Assembly (NCBI RefSeq): GCF_009914755.1
Contig: NC_060934.1
Length of the DNA stretch: 64,000 bases
Reading direction: 5' to 3' (one strand)
DNA from: the human T2T-CHM13v2.0 reference genome, Homo sapiens
Below are positions 49,995 to 61,760 of this stretch, piece by piece; within the stretch, counting starts at the first letter, position 1, and the number at the start of each line of letters is the position of its first letter. Below the pieces are notes generated by a model. It was not told the origin of the DNA. It saw only the letters and a program-made list of their open reading frames with translations, and ran no database searches. Position numbers and translations under genes: made by a program.

Positions 49995-50093
49995 CTGTTA
50001 GTGGCGCGCGGTACCGCGGTCGCCGGGCTCCGGAGCGTCCTCAGCGCTGCGGGGGTGCCGTGGGTGGCCTCCCTGCTTTCCTCCACCAGAATC
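49995..50093 (-). CDS. ST8SIA6: ST8SIA6 coding exon 2 (stem region)
   Basis: Acceptor tgtgcag|G and donor AG|GTACAG. 99 nt; G completes the Arg codon from exon 1, then ILVEESREATHGTPAALRTLRSPATAVPRATN plus AG, in frame with exon 1. Confidence 0.95.
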
Positions 50094-50590
50094 CTGCACA
50101 GCCGGGGAGAAAACTTAAGTTGCTACACCCCGCCGGGAGCTGTTGGCTGAAAGGCTGGGAGTCGCGCTCCTTGCCTGGCAGGGAGATCTCGCACTCCCCG
50201 GCTCCCAGGCCAGGTCCCCAGCCCCAGAGTTGGAAGAGCCTTAGGGCGGGAAGGAAGAGACAGCAAGGACCAGAATGGGGAGCATGAGATCCTGATGCGG
50301 AACCCGACGGCAGGTCCCGCTCCACAGCTGCCTCGCCCACAGCGATGCGCGCTAGAGCCCCCGCAGCCCTGACCGGTCCCTCTGCTCCCCAGCCGCCGTC
50401 CACCGGTCGGAGGGTCGCCTCCCTGCGACCCCCTCCCCCACTCCACTCTCAGGCCGTCGCCGCCCGTGGGCTGCTCCCCGCCGCGGCCAAAAGTCTCCGC
50501 GCCCGAGGGGAAGCGATGGGCGGCTTGGGGGTCCGGGGGCGCCAGGCGGGGCGCGCGGCGCGGGGCGCGGCCGGCGGGTGGGTGGGTTAC
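50094..50590 (-). other. ST8SIA6: ST8SIA6 intron 1 (497 nt, GC-rich)
   Basis: GT...AG boundaries between the two in-frame coding exons. Confidence 0.93.
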
Positions 50591-50691
50591 CTGGCGCGGC
50601 CGGGCGCGTCTGCCGGGCACCAGAGCAGGCGCAGCAGCAGCAGCAGCAGCAGGCTGGCGAGCAGGGCGAGCAGTGCGCCCCCCGGCCGCAT
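50591..50691 (-). CDS. ST8SIA6: ST8SIA6 coding exon 1 (short cytoplasmic tail and Leu-rich type II signal anchor)
   Basis: ATG at 50691-50689 translates MRPGGALLALLASLLLLLLLRLLWCPADAPGRA plus AG, the recognised N-terminus of human ST8Sia VI. 101 nt, donor AG|GTAACC at 50591/50590, phase 2. Confidence 0.96.
50632..50652 (-). repeat. (CTG)7 coding repeat, poly-Leu in signal anchor
   Basis: Seven consecutive CAG on the + strand inside exon 1. Confidence 0.9.
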
Positions 50692-51040
50692 CCTGAGCCA
50701 CAGGCGCCGCCGCCACCGCTGCTGCCGGGGCGAAGCACAGCCCGGGCGGCCCCGACTCGCGGCTCCCGCCGCCGCCGCCACCGCCGCCGTGGCCGCAGCC
50801 CCGCGCACCCACAGCGTTCACAGGCGGCAGCGAGGGGCGCCCGCAGCCCACCCGGCAGAGTCTCCGCGGCGGGCGGAGAAGAAGCCGCGTTCGGGCTCGC
50901 CCCGGGCTCCCGGCCCCGGCCCGCGGAGCGCCGCGATCGGCTGGCAGATGACGATTCGCCGAGCTCGCCGCCTGTCCTCCCGGAGGCGCTCGGAGCTGCT
51001 GCGGGCTCCGGTCGCCGCTGCCACTGCTGCTGCCGCCGCC
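50692..51040 (-). other. ST8SIA6: ST8SIA6 5' UTR (GC-rich, GGC/GCG repeats, no upstream ATG); TSS approximate
   Basis: No CAT on the + strand between 50692 and 51060. TSS near 51030-51045 is inferred from the CCAAT box position. Confidence 0.65.
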
Positions 51041-51052
51041 GCCGCGCGGGGT

Positions 51053-51098
51053 CACCTGAAGGTTGGGGCGCGGAAGCTCAACTCCGTGCTGATTGGGC
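51053..51098 (-). promoter_or_regulatory. Proximal promoter motifs: CCAAT box (51096-51092), ETS core CGGAAG (51071-51076), E-box CACCTG (51053-51058)
   Basis: ctgATTGGgc on + reads gcCCAATcag on -, a good NF-Y consensus just upstream of the inferred TSS. Confidence 0.6.
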
Positions 51099-51429
51099 TC
51101 CAAGTTTTCTGCGCCCTCGCCTCGTCCCGAGTGCCCGCGAATCCCCCGGACGCCCACGCAGACCACCCAGCCACACCACAACTCTGCCTGCGGAGAGAGG
51201 AGAGGAGAAAAAGGGGCCGCTTCAAAAACTTTCAAAACTGTGCAGTCGCTTGGCTGGATCCTCCCACGCATGAAGAAAGCTGGGGACTGGGGAATTGCTG
51301 GGTGGATCATGACACTGAACAGAAGCAGTAACCTGTGCTTACTTCAACCCAGATTCAGAGGGACAGCGAACTGGTATGAGGGGCTAGGAGACCTTTAGGC
51401 ATGAGCACATTACTACCTGGAGACCCGTT

Positions 51430-51620
51430 TAGCCCCTGCCTGTATTTGCAAATAGTTTTATTGGAAAACCTCCATGCCCATGGCTTTGTATTATCAGTGA
51501 CTGCATATGGCTGTATGATCTAGGGCTGCAAGGGCAGAATTGAGTAGTGATGACAGAGGTGGCATAGCCCACAGGGCCTAAAATATTTACCATTTGAAAC
51601 TTTCCAGGAAAAGTTTGCAT
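51430..51620. mobile_element. MER58A-like hAT MITE
   Basis: gttttattggaa...gcagaattgagtagt...cctaaaatatttaccat...gaaaagtttgc. Confidence 0.75.
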
Positions 51621-51624
51621 ACTG

Positions 51625-51961
51625 CTCTTAAATAAGCAAGAGGCCATTAGCTTGAGGCTGTCTCTGTACGTTGAGTTCCCACCTAACAATGGAAACCTAC
51701 ATTAGGCTGTAATGAACAGGGGGCTACTGGCCAATCATGGGCAACCAACTCATTATACCAGGCCCCACAAGGCAGCCTGCATAGCTATAGCCAATCAGTT
51801 TCTCCACTGTGCTTCTGAGTTTGGCCTATCAGGCTTTGCTGCTCACACCATGGGGTGGACCTCACTGGACCTCCTCTGGTTGTGAGTGCTGCCCAATTCA
51901 TGAACCCTTTGCTCGAATAAACTGTGCTAAATTTAATTTGTCTGATGTTTTTCTTTTAACA
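51625..51961 (+). mobile_element. ERV1 LTR (MER57/MER93 group)
   Basis: aaataagcaagaggccattagcttgaggctgtctctgtac, two CCAATCA, aataaactgtgctaaatttaatttgtctga...ttttaaca. Confidence 0.7.
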
Positions 51962-51962
51962 C

Positions 51963-52337
51963 TGCTATGGGCTGAATGTTTGTGTCTCTACAAAATTCAT
52001 ATGTTGAAACCCAAATCCCCAATCTAATGTGGTGGTATCTGGAGGTGGGGCCTTTCATACCTGATTAGTTCATGGGGTGGAGGCTTCCTGGTGGAATTAG
52101 TTCCCTCATAAGAGCAGGCAGCGGGGAATTTGCCTCCTCTCTCTCTGCTCTGTGCAGTGTAAAGACACAGCACGAGGGCAGCTTTCTGCCAAGCAGGAAG
52201 AGGACCCTCACCAGAACCTGACCATGCTGGCACACTGATCTTGGGTTTCTTACCCTCCAGAACTGTGAAAAATAAATTTCTGTTCTTTCGGTCACCCAGC
52301 CTATGGTATCCTTCTTATGGCAGCCAGAACTAAACCA
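51963..52337 (+). mobile_element. MaLR LTR, MLT1A/MSTD-like
   Basis: tgctatgggctgaatgtttgtgtcc...gaggaccctcaccagaacctgaccatgctggc...aataaatttctgttc. Confidence 0.88.
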
Positions 52338-54254
52338 CGGTCTAGATCATATTGGTTAGTATCTCATTTACGAGTATCTCATCTGTTGCAGGAGAGTGAT
52401 CCAATGACACTATGAAACAGACTGGCTCTCTATTTTTTTAAAAGTGGGTCTCAACTCTCTATGCCCTAAACTATCCTGACTGCCCAAGCCCCCACTTAGC
52501 CACTTCCCTAGGTTTTAATTCCATTGTGGTTATATGCAGGCTTATAAAATTATTCACTCTTACTTTTGTATAGTTTCGAGATTTTTCCAAATGCAACCCT
52601 TGGATTCCACCATCTTGGGAGTACCTTGATAAGATCTTTTGAAATGACTTCAATTTTGAAAAGGCTTTCATGAGTTAACTTTCCCAAGCAACAAAAATAT
52701 GATATTTCAACTGACATCTCCTAGAAGCATATGGTCTTCACCTGAAAGAGGCCCAAGTGAGAGCCATTTGGGAGCAACCAGGCCAGACAGCCAAATAAAG
52801 CTGTCACCAAAGATTCCATCACAAGAAAACATATATCAAGGCAAGAGATACCAGTGTCCCTAGTCTCTTTCTGCTAATTCCGGATTTACTCTAAAAACAT
52901 CTTGTTGAATACAAAACAGAAGTTTGCACATAATAATTGATCAATAAATGTTTAGTCAATGAATAAAAGCACATAAGAACTAGTGTTATTTTTAAAGAGA
53001 AAATGGAGCAAAAAAACTAAAAATAAATGTGACTAGGAATGTGATTTCCTTCTATAGCTCATCACTGCTGTTAATATATGTACTAATCAGGAATAAAAAC
53101 AGGCTTCTACTTTTATATAAAACTAATATTTGTAGGGATTCAGTTGCTTCATCTGAGTATGACATAAAGTAATGCTATACTCAGGTAGTGATAGAATAAT
53201 ACAGAAATCTAGTTCTACATATTTCAAAGTTTAAGCCGTTTGTTAAATAAGTAGAATATGGCACAATCATCTAGAAAATGAAGAGTTGCCTGGATTTGAA
53301 AGATATTCCAATTTTTATCTCAGTGCAGAAAATTGTGCAGAAAACTAATGCTGAACATGGTTTGCAGAAAAAGAAAAAGGCATTATTGTATCAGCCAGGA
53401 AGCTGCAATTTCACCTAATTTACTAAAGTTTAATATTTCAGCACAGCTGGGCTCAAGGCAACAGCAGAAGAGTCAGCCTTGCACTGGGTTCCCTAAACAC
53501 CCTTGCTGCAAATGAAGTTACTTTTTATCAAGCCAATGGCTATCAGCAGGGGACTCACAAAAGCCCATTTTAATTGGAAAAACAAGTGTAAATTTGCAAT
53601 GGGAATTCTGAGCCCAGTGTTAAAATTTGACAGTAGGGAACTTTACCACAAGCTTTCTAATTTAAGACCTGGGTGGGTAAGATATGAATTATCTTGCTCA
53701 TCCTTGAGAGAGAAAGAAACCTGACAAGAAAATGATACCTTAACATTATTAGCCATAGAACCACTACTGGAAAAGTGTGCATTTGGTAGCTTAACATTTC
53801 CAGGCTTGACTTGCAACCCTAAAGATCTATGCCATGTAGTAATTTGAAATGCTGCTGAGGCCAGGAATTGAAACGTAAACTCAGGTTGACATCCGGATGC
53901 TGCTCCCAAGCTTGTGTAAGTGGCGAGCCTACCTCACTCACCCAGTCCACTCCACATGGGCCTCTCATTTTGTCTTTGTTATTCTTTATTCATCATCATG
54001 AATGTCCTTACCTTCATAAAATAACTTTTAAAAAATGATTGGGAAGTTTCGATATATAAAAAGTCTCCAGGCCTATGGAAATCTTGAAAGTTGAAGTTTC
54101 TGATTTGGAGTGTAAGGTTTCTTATTTGGCTAACAAGTGACTTTCCACAAAAAAGATGATTCAGGGGAAAGCTAGAAACGTGTAAGATTTCCATAAGTGT
54201 GGATTTGGGGATTCAGAAAGATGAATCACAAATATCAAGAGTCTACCTGACATT

Positions 54255-54925
54255 TGATATATACATAATATATATGTATATACACTATATACATAATACA
54301 TAATGTACAGAATATATAGCATTATATACATATTGTGTATACACATTATGTATACACATACGTATTATGTATACATATTATGTATATATTATATACATAG
54401 TATATACTACATATATACATAATATATACTACATATATAATATATAATGTATATATACACACTAGATACATTATACTATATATGTATGTATATATACATT
54501 ATACATTATGTATATATATACTATGCATATACATTCCATATAATTATGCATATGCAAATTGTTATATAATATTATGTATATATATTATGTATATTATATT
54601 ATATTGTGTATATACATGATTATATATTATGTATATAATATAAATGTATAGAAACTATATATACATATATTTGTTTACATAGTATGTATATATACTGATA
54701 GCTATAATGTATCTCCATAATTTTTTTCCTTATATTGAAGATTCTTACTGATATATAACAGTGAATGAGTGTACATAGATATGCTATATCTCTACATAGA
54801 TTATGTGTATATATACACACACTATATAAATAAATATGTGTATATAGAATGCATATACATGTATACTATGTATATACACACTAAATACATAGCAGATACA
54901 AATATATCTCACTGGTATATATGAA
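54255..54925. repeat. Long degenerate (TA)n/(TACA)n low-complexity tract
   Basis: About 670 nt dominated by TATA/TACA/CATA units and recurring attatgtata. Confidence 0.9.
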
Positions 54926-55155
54926 CATCTTCAATATAAGGAAAAAAAGGAATGCTGTGAGAAACGCACAAAAAATTGATGCACCAAAGACTCTTTTCTT
55001 CATTCGGGAGACATTTTTACCTCTCTGTTTAGAAAGGATGATTTCTGATGTTTCAGACTGCTTGACTGGTTTTTGTAACGTTAAAGATTTGTGAGGACTA
55101 CAGGACAATAGGTCATTTATAACATTAAGCTATACCTTGGGGAGGACGTTTATAA

Positions 55156-55495
<340 letters not shown>

Positions 55496-55632
55496 AGACT
55501 ACATATTTTCAATAAGTCATAGGACATAAGTAAAAGTAGAAATGACTTGAAAAAATCAATGACCTCAGTATCTCTCCAAATATGTCTTATTACAGATTTT
55601 TGACCGCTGTTAGTGGAATATTGAAGATTGGG

Positions 55633-55977
<345 letters not shown>

Positions 55978-56281
55978 TTAAAGAGTATAACTAAAACTAC
56001 GGGACTAAATATGAGAATTATTATTCACTTTATAAAATAGATTTTTAACATATAAACATTCACATTTCCTAAATCCCTCTCTTTGGAATGCACTTAAAAC
56101 ACTATAAAGGACTAAAAGGGGAAATGCACACTATTTATTAATATCTCAAGACTATAAAATGGCAACAATCCCATTTCACAAACTCCCTGCTTAAAGCGAA
56201 CTAATTGGACAAGAATGCCAATTTCAAGACATGTCTCCTCTATTTATGATCTTATATTTGTGGGAAACAAGTAGAAAAGTT

Positions 56282-56590
56282 GATTGGGTGTGGTGGCTCA
56301 TGCCTGTAATCCCAGCACTTTGGGAGGCCGAGGCGGGAAGATTGCTTGAGTCCAGGAGTTCAAGACAAGCCTGAGCAACACAGCAAGACGCCGTCTCTGC
56401 AAAAAATCTTTTTTTTTTTTATTAGTCAGGCACAGTGGCTTGTGCCTGCAGTCCCAGCTACTTGGCAAGGGGAAGTGGGAAGATCACCTGAGCCGGGGAA
56501 GCGGTGGTTGCAGTGAGCCAAGACCATGCCACTGCACTCCAGCCTGGGAGACAGAGAAAGACTCTGTCTCTTGAAAAAAAAAAAAAAAAA
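56282..56590 (+). mobile_element. AluJ
   Basis: TSD aagtagaaaagttt. Confidence 0.92.
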
Positions 56591-57699
56591 AGTAGAAAAG
56601 TTTTTAAGGCCCTACTAATTCTCAATTTGAAAGGGCAAAGGCTACGAGTAAACCACAGTAAAAACAAGTAGTAATCAGTGTGAATAGCCAGGGCTGCCAG
56701 ATTAAAAAAGAGCTGGAAGCTAACATTTCTGTTTTCAGCAAATGTAGCGTTCTTGCCAGAGGAATGCTAGTTACCTAGAAATGCTGCTAAACTGAGGGAG
56801 AGATGCTGCAAAAGAATGTTGTGGCTACTGACTAAAGTCAATTTACCAAGGAAAAATGAGTACCTGTTCTACCTATCTGATAACAAAAAGTTTTTGATTT
56901 ACCGGTTTTCACACCAAACTGGCCTCTCCCAGGGTCAGAATATCCTGCCTAATTTTAGACCCTGTCAGACCAGGCAAAACTTCAGTTGTTTCAACAGATT
57001 GAGGGGTGGAGAGTGAGCATGCAGAGATAATATGTCAAACTCTGTCAAATTTCTTCCTCCAACTTCTCTTCCCCACCTCTTCATTCCATATAACCTAAAC
57101 TATAAACAGTAAACTGAAAAAAAAATCGACAGCCAGCCCATAATGCAAAACTAAATTTCAACAAGTGCACAAAGAAAAAAGAAGGACTGCCAGAGAATTT
57201 CCATTCACAATATTCCTAGCAAGTAGCAGAAAGGAACAGACATGACATTTCAAAGATGACCAGACAGGAAAGGAAATTATGCAAATGTTCTGGAAAATAT
57301 AAGATAAAAGGAAAGAAATGTAACCAGTAAAAAGGGAAGTGAAGAAAATGTGTTGGAAGAGACTTACTCCAGGAAACAGCAGACAAATTTAAGCAAGATC
57401 ACTTCATACTCCCCAGGAAACTAAATATAATGTAAACACTATGGTAGGAAAGTCCAAAGAAAGAAAAACTGAAAAAGAGGTAGTAAGGCAGTAGAATATG
57501 TTGAGAAGTGAACTGACAACATTAAAGCAAAACAAAACAGAAAAATGTTGCAGAACTTAGAATATCTGGCAGAACTTATATGGCAAAAATCTGAATCAAT
57601 GTCGGATTGAACTGGTGACAATTGCAAAAAAGAAAAAGCACACAGGAAAAGGACATGGAAACTACACTGATCAAAAATATATATATGTATCAGAAACAG

Positions 57700-57996
57700 A
57701 TTTTTTTTTTTGGAGATGGAGTTTCACTCTTTTGCCCAAGCTGGAGTGCAGTGGCATGATCTCAGCTCACTGCAACCTCTGCCTCCCAGGTTCAAGCGAT
57801 TCTCTTGCCTCAGCAGCCTGAGTAGCTGGAAGTATAGGTGTGGGCCATCATGCTCGGCTAATTTTTTTGTGTTTTTAGTAGAGGCGGGGTTTCGCCATGT
57901 TGGCCAGGCTGGTCTTGAACTTCTGACCTTAGGTGATCCACCCGCCTCAGCCTCCCAAAGTGTTGGGATTACAGGCATGAGTCACCGTGCCTGGCC
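57700..57996 (-). mobile_element. AluS
   Basis: Reverse Alu. Confidence 0.94.
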
Positions 57997-58024
57997 CAAA
58001 GACAGATATTAAATATACATCTAT

Positions 58025-58314
58025 TTTTTCTTTTTAAGATGGAGTCTCACTCTCTCGCCCAGGCTGCAGTGCAGTGGTGCAATCTTGGCTCACTGCAATC
58101 TCTGCCTCCCGGTTCAAGCGATTCTCCTGCCTCAGCCTCCTGAGTAGCTGGGATTACAGACAAGTGCCACCACGCCAGGCTAATTTTTGTATTTTTAGTA
58201 GAGACGGGGTTTCACCATGTTGGCCGGGCTGATCTCGAATGCCTGACCTCGTGATCCGCCTGCCTCAGCCTCCCAAAGTGCTGGGATTACAGGCATCAGC
58301 CACCACGCCTGGCC
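58025..58314 (-). mobile_element. AluS/Sc
   Basis: Reverse Alu, TSD acatctattt. Confidence 0.94.
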
Positions 58315-58546
58315 ACATCTATTTGTTTATTCAGCAATTCAAATGAAAGAACAAAGTTTATATACCATAAATCCCCAAAATTACAACACAAGAACCATTA
58401 CTATTTATTCTTATGGTGCAAGGATGTTTCAACATGAGAAAATCTAATTTTATTTACCATATTATTGGGGTATTGGAGGAAAACCATTATCATCTTAGAA
58501 AGGATATATTTAGCAACTTTTCCTAAATTAAAAAAAAAAAATCTGA

Positions 58547-58678
58547 GGCCAAGTGCAGTGGCTCGTGCCCATAATCCCTGCTACTTGGGAGGCTGAGGCA
58601 GGATGATCACTTGAGCCCAGGACTTCAAGGCCAGCCTGGCAACATAGCGAGATCTCATCTCAAAAAAAAGAAAAGAAA
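58547..58678 (+). mobile_element. FLAM / Alu monomer
   Basis: Single arm with A-tail. Confidence 0.85.
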
Positions 58679-59399
58679 CTTTAGTAAAACAAGATGAGTT
58701 TGACAGCAGCTTCAAACAGAATGATAACACAAATTAATATCTTAAATCAAAAAGGAGCCAGATGCTTAATTGCTTAATAAAAACAATTTCTTTCAAACCA
58801 AGAATGAGACAGGATCTTAACATTGTTTGAGTGAAGTGTGTCCATGGTCCCGTGCAGGTTTTTGACATGCCATTTGACTACTAAACATACTAAAAATAAG
58901 TTTCTTAATATCATTGAAGCATTAAACCTAAATAAAACCATGTAAAATACTCAACACTTTCATCCGTAGCTTAAGAATCAGTATAACTGAAAAGTATCAG
59001 TTGTTCCATTTCTATATTTAACACTAAAAATTAGTATTGATTTTGTACCTATCTCTGACAATAGAGAACAGAAAATTAGCAAATAGCTGATTCTACAGTC
59101 ATTGGCAACTAACCAGAATAATAATCCTCACTACTGATTTACAGGACCAATTTTGTCCCTACTTATATGCATGTAGGTTTTGGACTTGGTAGAAAATTTC
59201 CAGGTCTATTGACACAAGCAATTCAACTTTTTCTTTTCATTTAAAGGCCTCTTTTTCCCAGGCATCTTTCTAGAACATGATCTGATATTTCAAGATTGAG
59301 TATAAATATTTAGGGATATTTGGGAATCAGGCATAAACTTCAGATCATTTTCTGGTTACATCCCTTCTATCGGTTCTCTACACTTGGGAAGGAAATGTA

Positions 59400-59800
59400 T
59401 GATGTGGTTGTAAAACACAGGGTCAACGTGATTTTGTCACCGTGCCTTTGCTCTTGCCATTCTGTTCTCTGCCAGAAAAGCTCTTGCTCCAGATATGTTC
59501 TGGACTTAACCCCCCTTTCTTTAGTCCTATCAAATATTGCCTTAATAAAATAAGAACTACCTTTCAACCCTAGACACTCAACATCTCCTACCTCCCTACA
59601 TTGCTTTATGTTTTCTCTACCACTTGTTACCACCAAATACATTATGTATTTATTTGTACATTGCTAGAGACTTCTCCCAATTACAATGGAAGCTCCATGA
59701 AGGCACAGACTTGGGCTATTTTGCCCTTTTCCTGCGTTTCCAGTGCCTAGAACACATGGAAGGGACAAAATAAGCATTTGTTAAATACAGAAATGAATGT
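59400..59800 (+). mobile_element. L2 3' end
   Basis: gaagctccatgaaggcacagact...ccagtgcctagaaca...taagcatttgttaaatacagaaatgaatg. Confidence 0.7.
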
Positions 59801-60346
59801 AAATGCCAAAGTGTTTATAATATGCAACTGACATTTTTCTGTAGCTAACCTAACCACTGCCTTTCCTCTGAAAACTTCAATGGCCTTTAGAAATGCTGGG
59901 TACGATCACAGTAATGATAGAAAAGTAAATATAAGGAGAAGCTTTCGTCAGTAAACAGTGCAGAATAAAGCAGAATGAAAGGGCAGATAAATGTGTCAGC
60001 CACAGACTGAAAAATTTCGAGCAAGTTGTTTTCCCATGAAAATACTTTTTCCCGCTAAAAATTTCACTTGGTCATATTTCTTTGGAAAAGATGACGTGTC
60101 AATGTAGTACTGAGATTTTAATAGATTACTCCGCGATCTTCCCATGCTGATACTCAGAGCACCCTGTTGTAAGATACAGAGCATGAGGTTTTTATTTAAA
60201 CAGGTTTGGTGTGGATTTTGGCTGTGCCACTAACTGGGTATGTGACCCTGAGTGGGATGTTTAATTTCTCCGAGTTTCTTCATCTGCAAAATGAGGGTGA
60301 AGTGAACCTACTAGGGACTCTGTTCCTCCTCCTGGGTTCTCTAAAT

Positions 60347-60858
60347 CAGAGGTCCCCAAGCCCCATTATTAGTCCGTGTCCTGTTAGGACCAGGCCACAC
60401 AGCAGGAGGTGAGTGGCAGGTGAGTGAGCGAAGCTTCATCTGTATTTACAGCCGCTCGCCATCACTCACGTCACCGCCTGAGCTCCGCCTCCTCTCAGAT
60501 CAGCAGCAGCATTAGATTCTCATAGGAGCACGAACCCTGTTGTGAGCTGCGCATGTGAGGGATCTGGGTTGCTTGCTCCTTACGAGAATCTAATGCCTGA
60601 TGATCTGTCACTGTCTCCCATCGCCTTCCAGTGGGACCATCAAGTTGCAGGAAAACAAGCTCAGGGCTCCCACCAATTCTACATTACAGTGAGTTGTAGA
60701 ATTATCTCATTCTATATTACAATGTAATAATAGTAGAAATAAAGTGCGCAACAAATACAATGCACTTGAACCATCCCGAAACCACCCCCACTCCATCTGT
60801 GGAAAAAAATGTCTTCCACAAAACCAGTCCCTGGTACCAAAATGATTGGGGACCACTT
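60347..60858 (+). mobile_element. MER1A hAT-Charlie non-autonomous transposon, near full length
   Basis: TIRs cagaggtccccaa / ttggggaccactt; perfect 8-bp TSD CTCTAAAT (60339-60346, 60859-60866). Confidence 0.92.
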
Positions 60859-60879
60859 CTCTAAATGAAGGGCACCCTC

Positions 60880-61760
60880 AGCCAGCAAGATGCCGGAGCC
60901 AGACGTGAGTGTCACCCCTCACTCCCTGTTCTTCTTCAGTGCCTCCAGCCACCACATCCAACCCATCAACACACTTTCAATGTCATCAATATCTCTCGAA
61001 CCCATTCCTTTCTCTCCATCCACACTGCCATTTGCCTTTTCCATGGTCCAGGCCACCACTATCTCTCCTGTCTGGATTATTGCAACAGCCTCTTATCTGA
61101 TTTTATTGTGGCCGGTTTGCCCACCACCACACCACCACCACTTCCCCTCCATTCCCCAAACAGCAGAAAGAATGATGGCCCTAAAAGACAAACGTGCAGT
61201 GATCTATTGCACAACAGTGTCTGTAGCCGATGCCTGGTGGGATTGTTTCTGTTGCCTGGCCTCCTTGGGTTTATGCCTATTTACCAATTCCTGTTCTCTA
61301 GTCCTCCTGATGTTTCCAGAACTAGCCAATAAATGTCCTCCCATTAAATTCCACCGCTGCCCAGGTCAATTACTTGTAACCAGGAGCACTGACTGGCACA
61401 TCATGAAATGTCCAGTCCCTCCATCCCCTTCTAACCAACCTATGCTTCCAGTGGCCTCCTGTTCATGCCTACATCCTTAGCATTGCTCTGGGATTCAAGC
61501 ATCTCTCACCTCTCCAGTTTCCTCATCTCATTTTGTACTCCCGCCACATTCGCCCTCCCGCAGATGAGCTAGTGTGACATACTCTCTCTTGCTTCTGGAC
61601 TTTTGCACGTGCCGTGTTTTCTCCAAGACCCTCCCCTGTATGCTGTACTCAACACCCCCCAACACCCACCCATCCATCCTTCGCTTGGCTAATGTCTACT
61701 TGTCCTTTGGATCTCAGCTTCAAATTCCCTCAGAAAGCCTTTCTTGAACACATTGCATGT
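60880..61760 (+). mobile_element. L2 fragments with a possible MLT1 remnant (~61215-61400)
   Basis: ccacatccaacccatca...ggtccaggccaccactatctctcctgtctggattattgcaacagcctc...ggatctcagctt. Confidence 0.65.

Larger units (their letters stand above)
49730..51200. promoter_or_regulatory. CpG island / TATA-less promoter of ST8SIA6
   Basis: Sharp rise in GC and CpG density against CpG-depleted flanks; many GC boxes; spans exons 1-2. Confidence 0.92.

Noticed and set aside
49748-50086. 112-aa ORF MEESREATHG... as a separate gene
   Set aside because: It is ST8SIA6 exon 2 read from an internal GTG through the donor into intron 2.
50545-50586. G-quadruplex-like motifs here and at ~49683 and ~32135
   Set aside because: Expected in GC-rich DNA; nothing distinguishes them without data.
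50123-51331. Long ORFs over the CpG island (395 aa minus; 328, 231 and 189 aa plus)
   Set aside because: Low-complexity Ala/Arg/Gly/Pro frames expected from stop-codon scarcity in GC-rich DNA; they cross the real exon/intron boundaries and resemble no protein I know.
60865-61480. Overlapping 155-aa and 196-aa ORFs
   Set aside because: Lie in pyrimidine-rich L2/MLT remnants with no convincing splice structure or protein similarity.
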